Source of the DNA: a virus
Taxonomy: Duplodnaviria; Caudoviricetes
Virus record (IMG/VR): IMGVR_UViG_3300012844_000002
Location: 1-36,744 of that record
Strand: one strand, 5' to 3'
DNA length: 36,744 nucleotides
Shown here: piece after piece, positions 14,634-24,296 of the stretch
How positions within the stretch are numbered: position 1 is the first letter of the stretch
Layout of the letters: every line of letters begins with the position of its first letter
Notes under the pieces: generated by a model
What the model was told of the DNA's origin: nothing
The model's database searches: none
The model's input: the letters and a program-made list of their open reading frames with translations, nothing else
Program-made: the position numbers and the translations under genes

Positions 14634-15024
14634 GTTCTCCATTCGAAGTTCTCAGGACCTCAATCGGGTATACGGCGCTTTGCACGGTATCGACTTGACC
14701 AAGCCCAAGGTCATCGTCATCAAGGACGAAAAGCGCCCGGACGTCTGCAACCGGAAGATGTGGGCCATGCTGCGTGACGTCTCCCAGCAGGTGGAGTGGT
14801 ACGGCCGCAAGCTCACCGACGAAGACTGGAAGCACATCTTCAGCGCAGCGGTGCAGAAGCAGGACGCGGTACCGGGCATCGACGGTGGATTCGTCGTGCT
14901 GGGCGTCCCGACCCGAAAGCAGTCGCAAAAGTGGTTCAGCGATTTGTTCGAAGTGATGCATGCCTTCGGCGCCGAGCATGGCGTGCGCTGGACTGAGCCG
15001 GATCGGTGGGGAGGGCGGTACTGA
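14626..15024 (+). CDS. ninB: NinB-family recombination protein
   Basis: NRKMWAMLRDVSQQVEWYG, EDWKHIF, VPGIDGGFVVLG. Confidence 0.9.
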   Translation: MAEFSIRSSQDLNRVYGALHGIDLTKPKVIVIKDEKRPDVCNRKMWAMLRDVSQQVEWYGRKLTDEDWKHIFSAAVQKQDAVPGIDGGFVVLGVPTRKQSQKWFSDLFEVMHAFGAEHGVRWTEPDRWGGRY

Positions 15025-15626
15025 TGCTTGCCAAGGAGATCAAGCCGAAAAAGTGCCAGGCACCAGGTTGCGGTCAGCGCTTCACGCCTGCCATGACCAC
15101 GCAGAAGGTTTGCAGCATCGCCTGCGCGCTGGCCATGTCGAAGGATTCGAAGGTACAGAAGGTGGCGGCCAAGGCCATCACCCAGCAGAACCGCAAGGAT
15201 ACCCAGGAGCGCAGGGAGAAGCTGAAGACCCGCCGCGAGCACATGGCCGAGGCGCAGACCGCGTTCAACGCTTTCATCCGCGAGCGAGACGCCGGCCTTC
15301 CGTGCATCAGCTGCGACTCGCGGCCGAGCGATCACGACCTCATCACCGGCAGCCGCTGGGACGCCGGCCACTACCGGTCGGTAGGCGCCTGCCCGGAGCT
15401 GCGATTCGAACCTCTCAACGTCCATCGCCAGTGCGTGAAGTGCAACCGGAACCTGTCGGGGAATGCCGTCGAGTACCGGATCCGTCTGGTGAGGCGCATC
15501 GGTGCCGACCAGGTGGATTGGCTCGAAGGGCCTCATAAGCCCCAGCGCCTGACCATCGAAGACCTGCAGGCCATCAAGGCCATGTACAAGCAAAAACTCA
15601 AAGACCTACGGAGGGCAGCAGCATGA
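15024..15626 (+). CDS. ninG: NinG/Rap-family endonuclease
   Basis: AQTAFNAFIRERD..PCISC, DAGHYRSVGA.PELRF, NVHRQCVKCN. Confidence 0.92.
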   Translation: MLAKEIKPKKCQAPGCGQRFTPAMTTQKVCSIACALAMSKDSKVQKVAAKAITQQNRKDTQERREKLKTRREHMAEAQTAFNAFIRERDAGLPCISCDSRPSDHDLITGSRWDAGHYRSVGACPELRFEPLNVHRQCVKCNRNLSGNAVEYRIRLVRRIGADQVDWLEGPHKPQRLTIEDLQAIKAMYKQKLKDLRRAAA

Positions 15627-15754
15627 ACTGGACACCAATCGACAGCGCTCAGCTGCTGCTTCTGGCCATGGCAGTCTTCGGCGGCTATTCCATCGTCCTT
15701 GGGATGGTCATCTCGGCCAAGCGCAAGCGCGAGGAGGGCGGCCCATGCAACTGA
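15623..15754 (+). CDS. 43-aa single-TM peptide
   Basis: MNWTPIDSAQLLLLAMAVFGGYSIVLGMVISAKRKREEGGPCN*; ATGA overlap with ninG. Confidence 0.65.
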   Translation: MNWTPIDSAQLLLLAMAVFGGYSIVLGMVISAKRKREEGGPCN

Positions 15755-16335
15755 ACTCAGCGCGAGCCGCTTGGCACGATTGCCTCTACACCCCACGGGA
15801 CAGTCAGGGTGCAGTGATGCAGGAGATGGGCCTGCTGGGTCGCATGATCCAGAAGACCGACAAACAGAAGACAGCTGTGCACCAGGCGCACCAGGCTATC
15901 GCCGGCCGCATTCAGCAAGCGATCGACACGCTGCCGGCCCACCTGAAGGCGTTCGGCAACCACATGTACAGTCCGATCGCCACGGCAGATGACGCCGATG
16001 ACGCGCATCAGTCGGTGTTCAGCGTGGCCTATGCCGCTGGCCCGCGCATGTACGCCAAGAAGTTCGAGAAGGCGCGCCTGGTCGCCCTAGGCGTGCTCTA
16101 CCGGTACCGCCGCATGCACCAGGGCGGGCAGAGCGAAGGGCTGGACCCTTGTCCAACGCCTGAAGGGTTCCGCGAGTGGTTGCGGCGCATGTTGGGCGTG
16201 GAGTTGAGCAGTGTGGCCTGGGCCCGGGAGTGGGAGGGGTTCATCGAGGCCTGCTTTGCAGCCTGTAACGACCTCGACAAAGACGCATTGGTGCCTGTCG
16301 CGAGGACAATTGCGGTGATGCGAGAGGTAGCATGA
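15745..16335 (+). CDS. Late antiterminator Q-like protein
   Basis: Position after nin genes and directly before a strong promoter + terminator; function inferred from synteny. Confidence 0.65.
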   Translation: MQLNSARAAWHDCLYTPRDSQGAVMQEMGLLGRMIQKTDKQKTAVHQAHQAIAGRIQQAIDTLPAHLKAFGNHMYSPIATADDADDAHQSVFSVAYAAGPRMYAKKFEKARLVALGVLYRYRRMHQGGQSEGLDPCPTPEGFREWLRRMLGVELSSVAWAREWEGFIEACFAACNDLDKDALVPVARTIAVMREVA

Positions 16336-16356
16336 AAAACGTATCGTTATAACGTA

Positions 16357-16385
16357 TTGACAAAATGCACGGCTGGCGGTAACTT
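16357..16385 (+). promoter_or_regulatory. Late promoter pR'
   Basis: TTGACA-17-TAACTT. Confidence 0.8.
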
Positions 16386-16426
16386 TTACCCATCGTGATA
16401 ATTTTGCCTTTGGCAAACATCAGCAG

Positions 16427-16455
16427 AAAGCCCGACCTTTGAGTCGGGCTTTTTT
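16427..16455 (+). terminator. tR' intrinsic terminator
   Basis: AAAGCCCGAC-ctttga-GTCGGGCTTT-TTT. Confidence 0.88.
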
Positions 16456-16518
16456 GTTTAAAGTTTTTGAAGATACTGACGACACACCGGTGTTGGATCC
16501 ACTAATGCCGGAGAAAAA

Positions 16519-16953
16519 ATGGGATTTTTCGACAAGGTCAAGGAGCTTGCCCTCAAGGCAAAATGCGGAGTTGGTATTCACGGAGGCGAGTACTCCAAAG
16601 TGAGTAGCGGCCCAGCCTGTTTGTACGAGAAGACGTGCCCTGATTGCTTTGATCATCTGACCAAGCACAAGCATGAATACGATGAGTTCCGCTACAGAAA
16701 TCATCACAACTGTACGATGAGTCGCCATTGTGTTCACTGCGGACATGAGGACCTGAAAGAGAAGCATCAGGGCTTCACCGACGCGGGTATGGACGACTTT
16801 TGTAGGGTCAAAGAAAAATGTATCAGGTGCGATTTCACGAAGGTGAAGAAGGAAAACCACTCGTGGACGGAAGTGTCTCGGACAGATACCGACAAAACAA
16901 TGTCGTGCATTCGATGCAAGAAGACGGAAAAGCAGCCACTAGCGCGTCACTAG
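16519..16953 (+). CDS. Moron: Cys/His-repeat, probably zinc-binding, protein
   Basis: 12 Cys; H...C-x5-C-x2-C units; GGAG RBS; own terminator. Confidence 0.8.
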   Translation: MGFFDKVKELALKAKCGVGIHGGEYSKVSSGPACLYEKTCPDCFDHLTKHKHEYDEFRYRNHHNCTMSRHCVHCGHEDLKEKHQGFTDAGMDDFCRVKEKCIRCDFTKVKKENHSWTEVSRTDTDKTMSCIRCKKTEKQPLARH

Positions 16954-16974
16954 TACTGCATAAGAGTCACCCTA

Positions 16975-17001
16975 AAGCCCAGGCACTGTCCTGGGCTTTC
17001 T
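16975..17001 (+). terminator. Intrinsic terminator
   Basis: AAAGCCCAGG-cactgt-CCTGGGCTTT. Confidence 0.75.
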
Positions 17002-17093
17002 AGTTTCGAATCCCATTTTTTTAGTGCACCTCCTCAAATTTGCCCGAGGCCTGATGAGGGCCTCAAACGGGCCTTTTCTTCCAGGGATCATCT

Positions 17094-17405
17094 ATGGCCG
17101 AACCAGCAAGCACGACTGCCGGCGTCTTGCTGGTGAAGTACGGCGTGATCATTGGTGGATTCGCAGGGGCAATACTCTCGCTGACCTTCCTGCGAGGCCT
17201 CACTCGGGGCCAGGCTGTAGCGGCCTTCTTCACCGGTTTCGCTTCCGCAATATTCTGCACCCCGCTAGCCATCAGCTACTTCAACCTCGGCACAAGCGGA
17301 GAAACCCAATACGGCGTGGCCTTCCTGATAGGCCTTCTGGCAATGAACATCATCCCGGTGCTTAAGTCGCTCGTGGGTCAGTTCGGAGCCAAAGGAGCTA
17401 CCTGA
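17094..17405 (+). CDS. Holin-like membrane protein
   Basis: 103 aa, three hydrophobic segments, first late gene position. Confidence 0.7.
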   Translation: MAEPASTTAGVLLVKYGVIIGGFAGAILSLTFLRGLTRGQAVAAFFTGFASAIFCTPLAISYFNLGTSGETQYGVAFLIGLLAMNIIPVLKSLVGQFGAKGAT

Positions 17406-17674
17406 TGAGCTCGACCCTGATTTCCATCCTGATCGGCGCCAATGCGTTCCTGAGCGTGCTGGTGGTGATCGCGGCATGTGATTACCTGCGTCGCATACGG
17501 CCCATGGATCACCCGCTGTTGGCCGTTGCGTTCTACCTAGTCGCCATCGGCGCATTCGGTTCGTTCGTCCTGGCCATGAACGCCCATGTGCCCACGATAT
17601 ACGGCGTGCTCCTCAAACTGGGCATCGTCCTGTATGCGGTTGCCCGGCGTGGGCATGTGTTTCAAGCCAAGTAG
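17405..17674 (+). CDS. Second three-TM membrane protein (holin/antiholin-like)
   Basis: TGATG-coupled; three hydrophobic segments, basic C-terminus. Confidence 0.65.
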   Translation: MSSTLISILIGANAFLSVLVVIAACDYLRRIRPMDHPLLAVAFYLVAIGAFGSFVLAMNAHVPTIYGVLLKLGIVLYAVARRGHVFQAK

Positions 17675-17720
17675 CGCGCGACAGATTCAAGATGGGCCAT
17701 TTCGTGGCGCGGAGACTTCC

Positions 17721-17857
17721 ATGGCGAATGTCACTAGCCTGCGCCATACCTTGCCGGTAGGTGCTGACGTGGTCACCGTAACTAATGAGCTCGAATGATC
17801 GTGGCAATCCTGTTCGGGCATGCGCATGCAGAGACGCGCAGGATGGTGGTCAAGTGA
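17721..17857 (+). pseudogene. Probable broken small phage gene
   Basis: GGAG RBS, MANVTSLRHTLP...ELE* followed at once in another frame by IVAILFGHAHAETRRMVVK*. Confidence 0.45.
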
Positions 17858-18110
17858 TGATGTTCTGTTCATCGAATACGGAGCGTTTCGCAAGATCGAC
17901 TGCGGCGCTGATGGCTGCTCGAGCTTGAGGGCTGTTTCTCCAGCATGTCGAGCCCAGTGCGGCGGATGCTCGGGCGAGGATGTCGCTAACGTTGGCCATG
18001 CTCAGCTCCGACAACGATTCGATACCCATCTGCTCAAGCCTGGTAATGACGGTAGGGCCAACGCCCTTGAGCTCAAGTAGTGCAGCGCGTTCCTTCGGTG
18101 GAAATGGCAT
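17850..18110 (-). CDS. Moron: helix-hairpin-helix domain protein
   Basis: LLELKGVGPTVITRLEQMGI HhH motif; AAGGA RBS. Confidence 0.8.
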   Translation of the reverse strand: MPFPPKERAALLELKGVGPTVITRLEQMGIESLSELSMANVSDILARASAALGSTCWRNSPQARAAISAAVDLAKRSVFDEQNIIT

Positions 18111-18154
18111 TTGTGAAATCCTTTTCTGATTAATGAATCTTCGAAGATTGCCCG

Positions 18155-18397
18155 ATGTTGAGGGGTGAGTTCCAGCGCGAGAACTGGCGTGATGCGTCCA
18201 AGACCCTGCGCAAGATCGCGGATCAACTTGATAGCGGCGAGCTACCGGTATGCAGTATCGGCGTCATGGCCATGCGAGATCCGTCAGGCAGAGTGCAGTT
18301 GTTCGCCTTTGGCCCGGTTTCCGATGATCTGCAATCCCTAGCCATGTTCAGGCTGGCTGAGCAGAAACTGATTGATGTACTGCTCGGCGGTGAGTGA
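18155..18397 (+). CDS. Hypothetical phage protein (start uncertain)
   Basis: 80-aa ORF WRDASKTLRKIADQLD; weak RBS. Confidence 0.5.
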   Translation: MLRGEFQRENWRDASKTLRKIADQLDSGELPVCSIGVMAMRDPSGRVQLFAFGPVSDDLQSLAMFRLAEQKLIDVLLGGE

Positions 18398-18420
18398 GAG
18401 ACCCACCGCCGGCGGGCGGA

Positions 18421-18678
18421 TCAGTGTTGCGTAGGAGACTCGGTGCGCTTTATGTGCTCTGCAGCCAAGACTTGATGGCGCGCAAGCTCGTGCTTCTCAT
18501 GCAGAGCCAGGTACTCCTTGCCATCGTCCGGATTGTGGCGATGCGGGTTACTCAAGAAGTAATACCTCTCGGACTCCTCAGAGGTCAGCCCCACGAAGAT
18601 ATCTCTTCCTTGGCTATCGGTAGATAGGGCTCTCAGTTCCTCTAAGTATCGTTTATCGCCTTCGGTGAGTTTTAGCAT
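18421..18678 (-). CDS. Moron, hypothetical protein
   Basis: GGAG RBS before ATG 18678; antisense to the late operon. Confidence 0.65.
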   Translation of the reverse strand: MLKLTEGDKRYLEELRALSTDSQGRDIFVGLTSEESERYYFLSNPHRHNPDDGKEYLALHEKHELARHQVLAAEHIKRTESPTQH

Positions 18679-18749
18679 TGGTGCCACTCCAGAGTAGGGA
18701 AGGCAATCTGTAGTGGCGTCACGCCATTTTTTCAACCCCGAGGTGCCAT

Positions 18750-19358
18750 TTGAGTAGACCATTGCCACCAGCTGCTCTGCTTGAATCGGTATTTCTAGCG
18801 CTACAGCCAGCGTCAGATGTATGGGATTGGATTCAGCGGGAAATCCTCGCCGAGACCGGCAGCATCCATAACCCTGAGCATGCGCACCTCATCGACGCCA
18901 ACATTGGCGTGCTCTGGGCATCCTCAGGCTTTCCCAAGCAAGGCCGGGTGGTTTTGGGCCAGGCCGAGCAGCTGATGTTCCGCGCTGGCGGATGGCAGAA
19001 GGCACGGCAAGAGCAGCAGATGCGCCAGTGGTTCGGCGAGGAGCCGACCTACCTGATCACACTGGCCGCCGACTACTGCTCCCAGTGCAGCGACGCTGAG
19101 TTCTGCGCCCTGGTCGAGCACGAGCTGTACCACATCGCCCAGGCACAGGATGAGTACGGTGCACCCAAGTTCACCCAGGACGGTCTGCCCAAGCTGTACC
19201 TGCGCGGCCACGACGTCGAAGAGTTCGTCGGGGTGGTTCGGCGCTACGGTGCCAGCGAAGACGTTCAGCAACTGATCGACGCTGCAAGCCGGCCGCCTGA
19301 GGTGGCCAAGATCAACATTTCGAGGGCCTGCGGAACCTGTCTGCTCAAGTCGGCGTGA
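18750..19358 (+). CDS. Phage putative metallopeptidase
   Basis: LVEHELYH (HExxH) and HDVEEF; GAGG RBS before TTG. Confidence 0.85.
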   Translation: MSRPLPPAALLESVFLALQPASDVWDWIQREILAETGSIHNPEHAHLIDANIGVLWASSGFPKQGRVVLGQAEQLMFRAGGWQKARQEQQMRQWFGEEPTYLITLAADYCSQCSDAEFCALVEHELYHIAQAQDEYGAPKFTQDGLPKLYLRGHDVEEFVGVVRRYGASEDVQQLIDAASRPPEVAKINISRACGTCLLKSA

Positions 19359-19389
19359 TTCTGGACAGGCTCTGGACGGATGACAGCCT

Positions 19390-19851
19390 ATGGCAGCCCT
19401 CAGCAACGACGTGAAGGCCTTTATCGTTCAGGCCTTGGCGTGCTTCGACACGCCTTCACAGGTGGTAGAGGCCGTCCAGAAAGAATTCAGCATCACGGTG
19501 ACCCGCCAGCAGGTGGAGACACACGACCCCACGAAGTACTCCGGCAAGGGCCTGGCCAAGCGCTGGGTGGCCCTGTTTGAAGACACCCGCAAGCGGTTTC
19601 GTGAAGAGACTGCCGACATCCCTATCGCCAATCGAGCATTCCGGCTCCGCGCGCTGGGGAGGATGGCCGAGAAGGCCGAGAGCATGAAGAACATGGCCCT
19701 GACTGCCCAGCTACTGGAGCAGGCGGCCAAAGAGGTCGGCGACGTCTACGTGAATCGCCAGACCAAGAACGAGAACCCCCACGATAACGTGCCGCCCACC
19801 CGCGTGCAGGTCGATGTGGTGGATGCGAGGAAGCCTGATGCCGTCCCTTAA
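19390..19851 (+). CDS. terS: Terminase small subunit (DUF2280-like)
   Basis: KAFIVQALACFDTPSQV...IPIANRAFRL; precedes terL. Confidence 0.85.
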   Translation: MAALSNDVKAFIVQALACFDTPSQVVEAVQKEFSITVTRQQVETHDPTKYSGKGLAKRWVALFEDTRKRFREETADIPIANRAFRLRALGRMAEKAESMKNMALTAQLLEQAAKEVGDVYVNRQTKNENPHDNVPPTRVQVDVVDARKPDAVP

Positions 19852-21139
19852 CGTGCCTCAGGCCAGCTTCCTGCGTATGGAGAACAAGTTCCGCGGCTTT
19901 GTGGCCGGGTTCGGCTCAGGCAAGACCTGGGTGGGCTGCGCGGCGCTGTGCAAGCACGTGTGGGAGTGGCCCAGGATCGACTCCGGCTACTTCGCCCCGA
20001 CCTATCCGCAGATTCGCGACATCTTCTTCCCGACCATTGAAGAGGTCGCCTTCGATTGGGGCCTGAAGGTCAAGACGAAGGAGAGCGACAAGGAGGTCGA
20101 GTTCTACAGCGGCGGCCAGTACCGCAGCACTACCATCTGCCGCTCGATGGAGAAGCCGCAGACCATCGTGGGTTTCAAGATCGGGCACGCCCTGGTCGAC
20201 GAGCTCGATGTTCTGCCTGCGCTGAAGGCTGAGCACGCCTGGCGAAAGATCATTGCCCGGATGCGCTACAACGTGCCCGGGCTGAAGAACGGCGTAGACG
20301 TGACCACCACCCCCGAGGGGTTCAAGTTCGTCTACCAGCAGTTCGTGAAGCAGCTACGCGAGAAGCCGGCCCTGCAGGGCATGTACGGCCTGGTGCAGGC
20401 CAGCACGTTCGATAACGAGCTGAACTTGCCGCCGGACTACATCCCGTCGTTGATGGAGTCGTACCCGGCCCAGCTGATCCTGGCGTACCTGAATGGTCAG
20501 TTCGTCAACCTCAACGCCGGTTCGATCTACCACGCCTATGACCGCAAGCTGAACTCTTGCTTCGACACGGTCGAGGCGGGTGAGCCGCTGTTCATCGGCA
20601 TGGACTTCAACGTCGGCAAGATGGCGGCGATCACGCACGTCAAGCGCGCAGACGGCAAGCCCAGGGCGGTGGATGAGCTGATCGATGGCTTCGACACCCC
20701 GGACATGATCCGGCGCATCAAGGAACGCTACTGGCGGCACAACGGCCGGGATTTCGAGAAAACCTGCGAGATCAGGATCTACCCCGACGCCTCGGGCGGG
20801 TCGCGTAAGTCGGTGAATGCCAGCGAGACGGACATTGCCATCTTGCGGCAGGCCGGCTTCAGCGTGATCGCGCCCGACGCCAACCCGCCGGTGAAAGACC
20901 GCATCAACGCCATGAACGCGATGTTCTGCAACGCGAATGGCGAGCGCCGCTATCTGATCAACCCGCTGCGCTGCCCGACCTATGCGGACGGCTTGGAGCA
21001 GCAGGTGTGGGCTCCCAATGGCGAGCCTGACAAGAAATCAGGTGTCGATCACGCGAACGACGCCGGCGGCTATTTCATCCATCACGACTATCCGATCAGC
21101 AGGCCGGTCACTCACGTGCCGATCTCGTTCACTTTCTGA
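19838..21139 (+). CDS. terL: Terminase large subunit
   Basis: Walker A GFGSGKT, Walker B LVDE, TTTPEG, GMDFN, DHANDA. Confidence 0.95.
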   Translation: MPSLNVPQASFLRMENKFRGFVAGFGSGKTWVGCAALCKHVWEWPRIDSGYFAPTYPQIRDIFFPTIEEVAFDWGLKVKTKESDKEVEFYSGGQYRSTTICRSMEKPQTIVGFKIGHALVDELDVLPALKAEHAWRKIIARMRYNVPGLKNGVDVTTTPEGFKFVYQQFVKQLREKPALQGMYGLVQASTFDNELNLPPDYIPSLMESYPAQLILAYLNGQFVNLNAGSIYHAYDRKLNSCFDTVEAGEPLFIGMDFNVGKMAAITHVKRADGKPRAVDELIDGFDTPDMIRRIKERYWRHNGRDFEKTCEIRIYPDASGGSRKSVNASETDIAILRQAGFSVIAPDANPPVKDRINAMNAMFCNANGERRYLINPLRCPTYADGLEQQVWAPNGEPDKKSGVDHANDAGGYFIHHDYPISRPVTHVPISFTF

Positions 21140-21147
21140 GGCCACCC

Positions 21148-22569
21148 ATGCCGAATTTCACTCCCCGGGCAGAGTACTCGGAGGCCTTGCCCGGCTGGCA
21201 GCTGGTCAAGCGCTGCGTGGCGGGCGCCCGCGAGGTGCGCAAGCACGATATCTACCTGCCGATGCCAGACCCGGAGAACAAGTCCCCGGAGAACCTGGCG
21301 CGGTACAAGCAGTACAAGAAGCGGGCAATGTTCCTGAACATCACCGGGCGCACGCGCACCGGCCTGTTGGGCGCGGTGTTCCGCAAGACGGCCGAGTTGG
21401 AGCTACCGGCCGGCGTTGAATACCTGAAGGAGAACGCCAGCGGCGACGGCACGAGCCTGGAGCAGCTTTCGAAGGATGCCGTAGGGGAATGCCTGGATGC
21501 TGGCCGTGGCGGCTTCTTGGTGGACTTCCCGGCCGTTGAAGGCGTGTCGTCGATGGCGGACATGCAGGGCCGCAGCGCGCTGATCCACCACTACGGCGCC
21601 GAGTCGATCATCGACTGGGATGAGCAGGTGGTCGATGGCGTGAAGCGCCTGGTGTACGTCTGCCTTGAGGAGTGCGTCTCGGAGTTCAACCCGGACACCC
21701 TGGAGCGGACCACTGACACCCAGTATCGGGTGCTGCTGCTGGTCGGTGGCAGCTATCTACAGCGTGTTTACGGCAAGGACGGCAACACATTCACAGAGGC
21801 CCAGCCGCTCGACAAGAACGGCCGGCCATTCGATCACATTCTGTTCAGCTTCTACGGCTCCCAGAACAACGACGCCAGCGTCGACAAGTCGCCATTGGAA
21901 GACCTGGCCGACGTGAACATCCTGCACTACGGCAACAGCGCCACGGTGGAGGAGAGCGGCTTCATCAGCAGCCAGCCCACGCTTTTCATCACCACTGACA
22001 TCAGCGCTGACGAGTTCGCCAAGGTTAACCCGAACGGCATGCACATCGGCTCGACGCGGGGCTACAACCTGGGCAAGTCCGGTGACGCAAAGCTTGTCCA
22101 GGCAACCGAGAGTCAGCTGGCCCGCACGCTGATGAAGGACAAGGAAGAGCAGATGCTGATGATCGGCGCCCGGATCGTCCAGAAGGCTGGCGGCGCCGAG
22201 ACAGCCGAGGCTGTGCGCATCCGCTACAGCTCGGACAATAGCGTGCTGGGCACCATCGCCGGCAACGTGTCCGAGGCCCTGAAGCGGGCCATTCTCGACG
22301 CTGAGCGCTTCATGATGGGCGACCCTGACGAAGCCGGTACCGTCTTCTGGCTCAACCAATCGTTCTTCGACGAGACGATGACCGCTCAGGACATCCTCGC
22401 CCAGGTCCAGCTGTGGCAGCAGGGCTTGATTGCGAAGTCCGACCTGCGCACAAACCTGAGGCAAGGTGGTGTGCTTGAGGCTGACCGCACCGACGAGTTG
22501 ATCGACGAGGAGTTGGCCCAGCAGCCGCCGGTGACCGGCAACGACACCGGAGGCGGCGATGAGCAGTGA
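21148..22569 (+). CDS. Portal protein (DUF4055-like)
   Basis: 473 aa after terL; YLP, RAMFLN, PLEDLADVNILHY. Confidence 0.9.
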   Translation: MPNFTPRAEYSEALPGWQLVKRCVAGAREVRKHDIYLPMPDPENKSPENLARYKQYKKRAMFLNITGRTRTGLLGAVFRKTAELELPAGVEYLKENASGDGTSLEQLSKDAVGECLDAGRGGFLVDFPAVEGVSSMADMQGRSALIHHYGAESIIDWDEQVVDGVKRLVYVCLEECVSEFNPDTLERTTDTQYRVLLLVGGSYLQRVYGKDGNTFTEAQPLDKNGRPFDHILFSFYGSQNNDASVDKSPLEDLADVNILHYGNSATVEESGFISSQPTLFITTDISADEFAKVNPNGMHIGSTRGYNLGKSGDAKLVQATESQLARTLMKDKEEQMLMIGARIVQKAGGAETAEAVRIRYSSDNSVLGTIAGNVSEALKRAILDAERFMMGDPDEAGTVFWLNQSFFDETMTAQDILAQVQLWQQGLIAKSDLRTNLRQGGVLEADRTDELIDEELAQQPPVTGNDTGGGDEQ

Positions 22570-23602
22570 CGGCTACCTGTCCGACGCAGCGACTCGCCAC
22601 CAGGTGCACGTCCAGCGCTACGCCGGGGGCAGCCTCAAGCGCCTGGCCAAGTTCATCACCAAAGCGATCAGTACCGCCAAATCTCGCGTATCAGAAGGAT
22701 TGAGCCACTACGGCACCCAGCGGTACGAAAAGCAGATCCAAGAACTACAGGGCGATCTGGCGGGCGTTTATGGCGAGATGAAGCAACAGGCCGTGTTCGA
22801 CCTTACTGAGTTCGCCGGCTATGAGGCGGAGTTCAACATGACCCTGCTTGGCAAGGTCGTGAAGACAGTTGTGCAGCTGAACAAGCCCAGCATCGAGCAG
22901 GTTGCCGCGGCTGCATTGGCTGACCCGCTCGATCTGGAGGTCGGCAAGGGCCGGCAGCGCATCAGCATCAACGGCGCGCTCGACCAGTACGGCACCAAGA
23001 AGAGCGCCGAGATCATCAGCGAGATTCGCATGGGATCGGCACTGGGCGAGACGACAGGTCAGATCACCCGCCGGCTCACCTCGCTCGGCGTACAGCAGCG
23101 AGACCAGGCCGGTGCCCTGGTGCGGACCATGACCAACCACATCGCCAGCTCGGCGAGGTCGCAGGTCATGGAGGACAACGACGACATCCTGAAAGGCAAG
23201 CGCCGAGTCGCCACACTGGACGGCAGGACCACGCCGCTTTGCCGGGCTCTAGACGGCACTGTGGTACCCATGACCGCGCCGTCGCCGCCGTTCCACTGGA
23301 ACTGCCGGACCACCGAGATACCTGTGCTCAAGGACGAATTCGCCCGGGACATACCAGGATCTACTCGGCCAGCGGTCGGGCCTGACGGCGCCGAGCAGGT
23401 CAGCAGCAAGACCACCTACGGCGAATGGCTCGCCCGCCAGCCTGCCGCGTTCCAGAAGGACGTACTGGGGCCAGAGCGCTACAAGCTGTTCAGCAAGGGC
23501 GAGCTGACAATCGACCGATTTGTCGACGACGACGGCAGGACCTTGACTCTCAACGAGCTGCGCCAACGTGAGCCGATGGCCTTTGAGCGCGCCCAATTAT
23601 GA
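22559..23602 (+). CDS. Minor head protein (Mu gpF / SPP1 gp7-like)
   Basis: ATLDGRTTPLCRALDG, PPFHWNCRT. Confidence 0.9.
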   Translation: MSSDGYLSDAATRHQVHVQRYAGGSLKRLAKFITKAISTAKSRVSEGLSHYGTQRYEKQIQELQGDLAGVYGEMKQQAVFDLTEFAGYEAEFNMTLLGKVVKTVVQLNKPSIEQVAAAALADPLDLEVGKGRQRISINGALDQYGTKKSAEIISEIRMGSALGETTGQITRRLTSLGVQQRDQAGALVRTMTNHIASSARSQVMEDNDDILKGKRRVATLDGRTTPLCRALDGTVVPMTAPSPPFHWNCRTTEIPVLKDEFARDIPGSTRPAVGPDGAEQVSSKTTYGEWLARQPAAFQKDVLGPERYKLFSKGELTIDRFVDDDGRTLTLNELRQREPMAFERAQL

Positions 23603-23628
23603 GGTGCTAAAGTGCCATCTTTTGTTTG

Positions 23629-24264
23629 ATGGATGGAACCATGATGTGGTTGAAGGTTGGCGCTTTCATCTTAGGTTGCCTGCTGTGCGGTCTGCTTGGC
23701 CTAACCGCAGGAGTAAATTTTAATCCTCAGTCCAGTGTTCGTTTCATTCCAGACTGGGGAAGTCTCGGAGATTGGGTGTCTGGGATCGGCGCGTTGCTCG
23801 CTGTTGCCATGAGTCTCTATTTGGTTCGTCGTAACGAAGAGCAGCAGTGTGAGCGTGAGCGTGAAAAATTAGAAGTTGAGCAGTGGGCTGAAGGGCTTTT
23901 CTGTTCCGTAAGAGTCATTTCGAAAGGATTCTTCCCTTGCACTGTCAAAGCGGTATTTTTCTATGGCTCGGACGGTCCGAACGGTAGTGCCGTTCAGTTG
24001 GCACCTCACATGGCCGAGGAAGGAAGGATTTCGTTGCCCATGCGCATTGAGTGTCGAGAAGATATTCAGTTTGCATGGCGGGTCGACAAGATGGCCAGCC
24101 TTCTCAATGCCTTGAGTTTCTTGCGCCTGAATAGCATGGAGGACCTGGGTATTAAGGTTGTCACGGTCACAGGGGAGCTCATTGTTCCTATCTCAGCAGA
24201 GTTATCCGATTACCTGATAGGGGCTGCAAGGTCTGAGGGAATCAAGTTCAGATTCGGCGAGTAG
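23629..24264 (+). CDS. Moron: membrane protein with two N-terminal TM helices
   Basis: More AT-rich; DWGSLGDWVSGIGALLAV; followed by a terminator; start uncertain (23626-23644). Confidence 0.75.
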   Translation: MDGTMMWLKVGAFILGCLLCGLLGLTAGVNFNPQSSVRFIPDWGSLGDWVSGIGALLAVAMSLYLVRRNEEQQCEREREKLEVEQWAEGLFCSVRVISKGFFPCTVKAVFFYGSDGPNGSAVQLAPHMAEEGRISLPMRIECREDIQFAWRVDKMASLLNALSFLRLNSMEDLGIKVVTVTGELIVPISAELSDYLIGAARSEGIKFRFGE

Positions 24265-24296
24265 CATCCCAACAAAACATCGATTCAATTTTAGAG

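Noticed and set aside
17050-17080. CTGATGAG followed by a GGCC/GGCC stem, resembling a hammerhead ribozyme core
   Set aside because: The required GAAA after stem II is absent (TTTTC instead); better explained as a hairpin upstream of the holin
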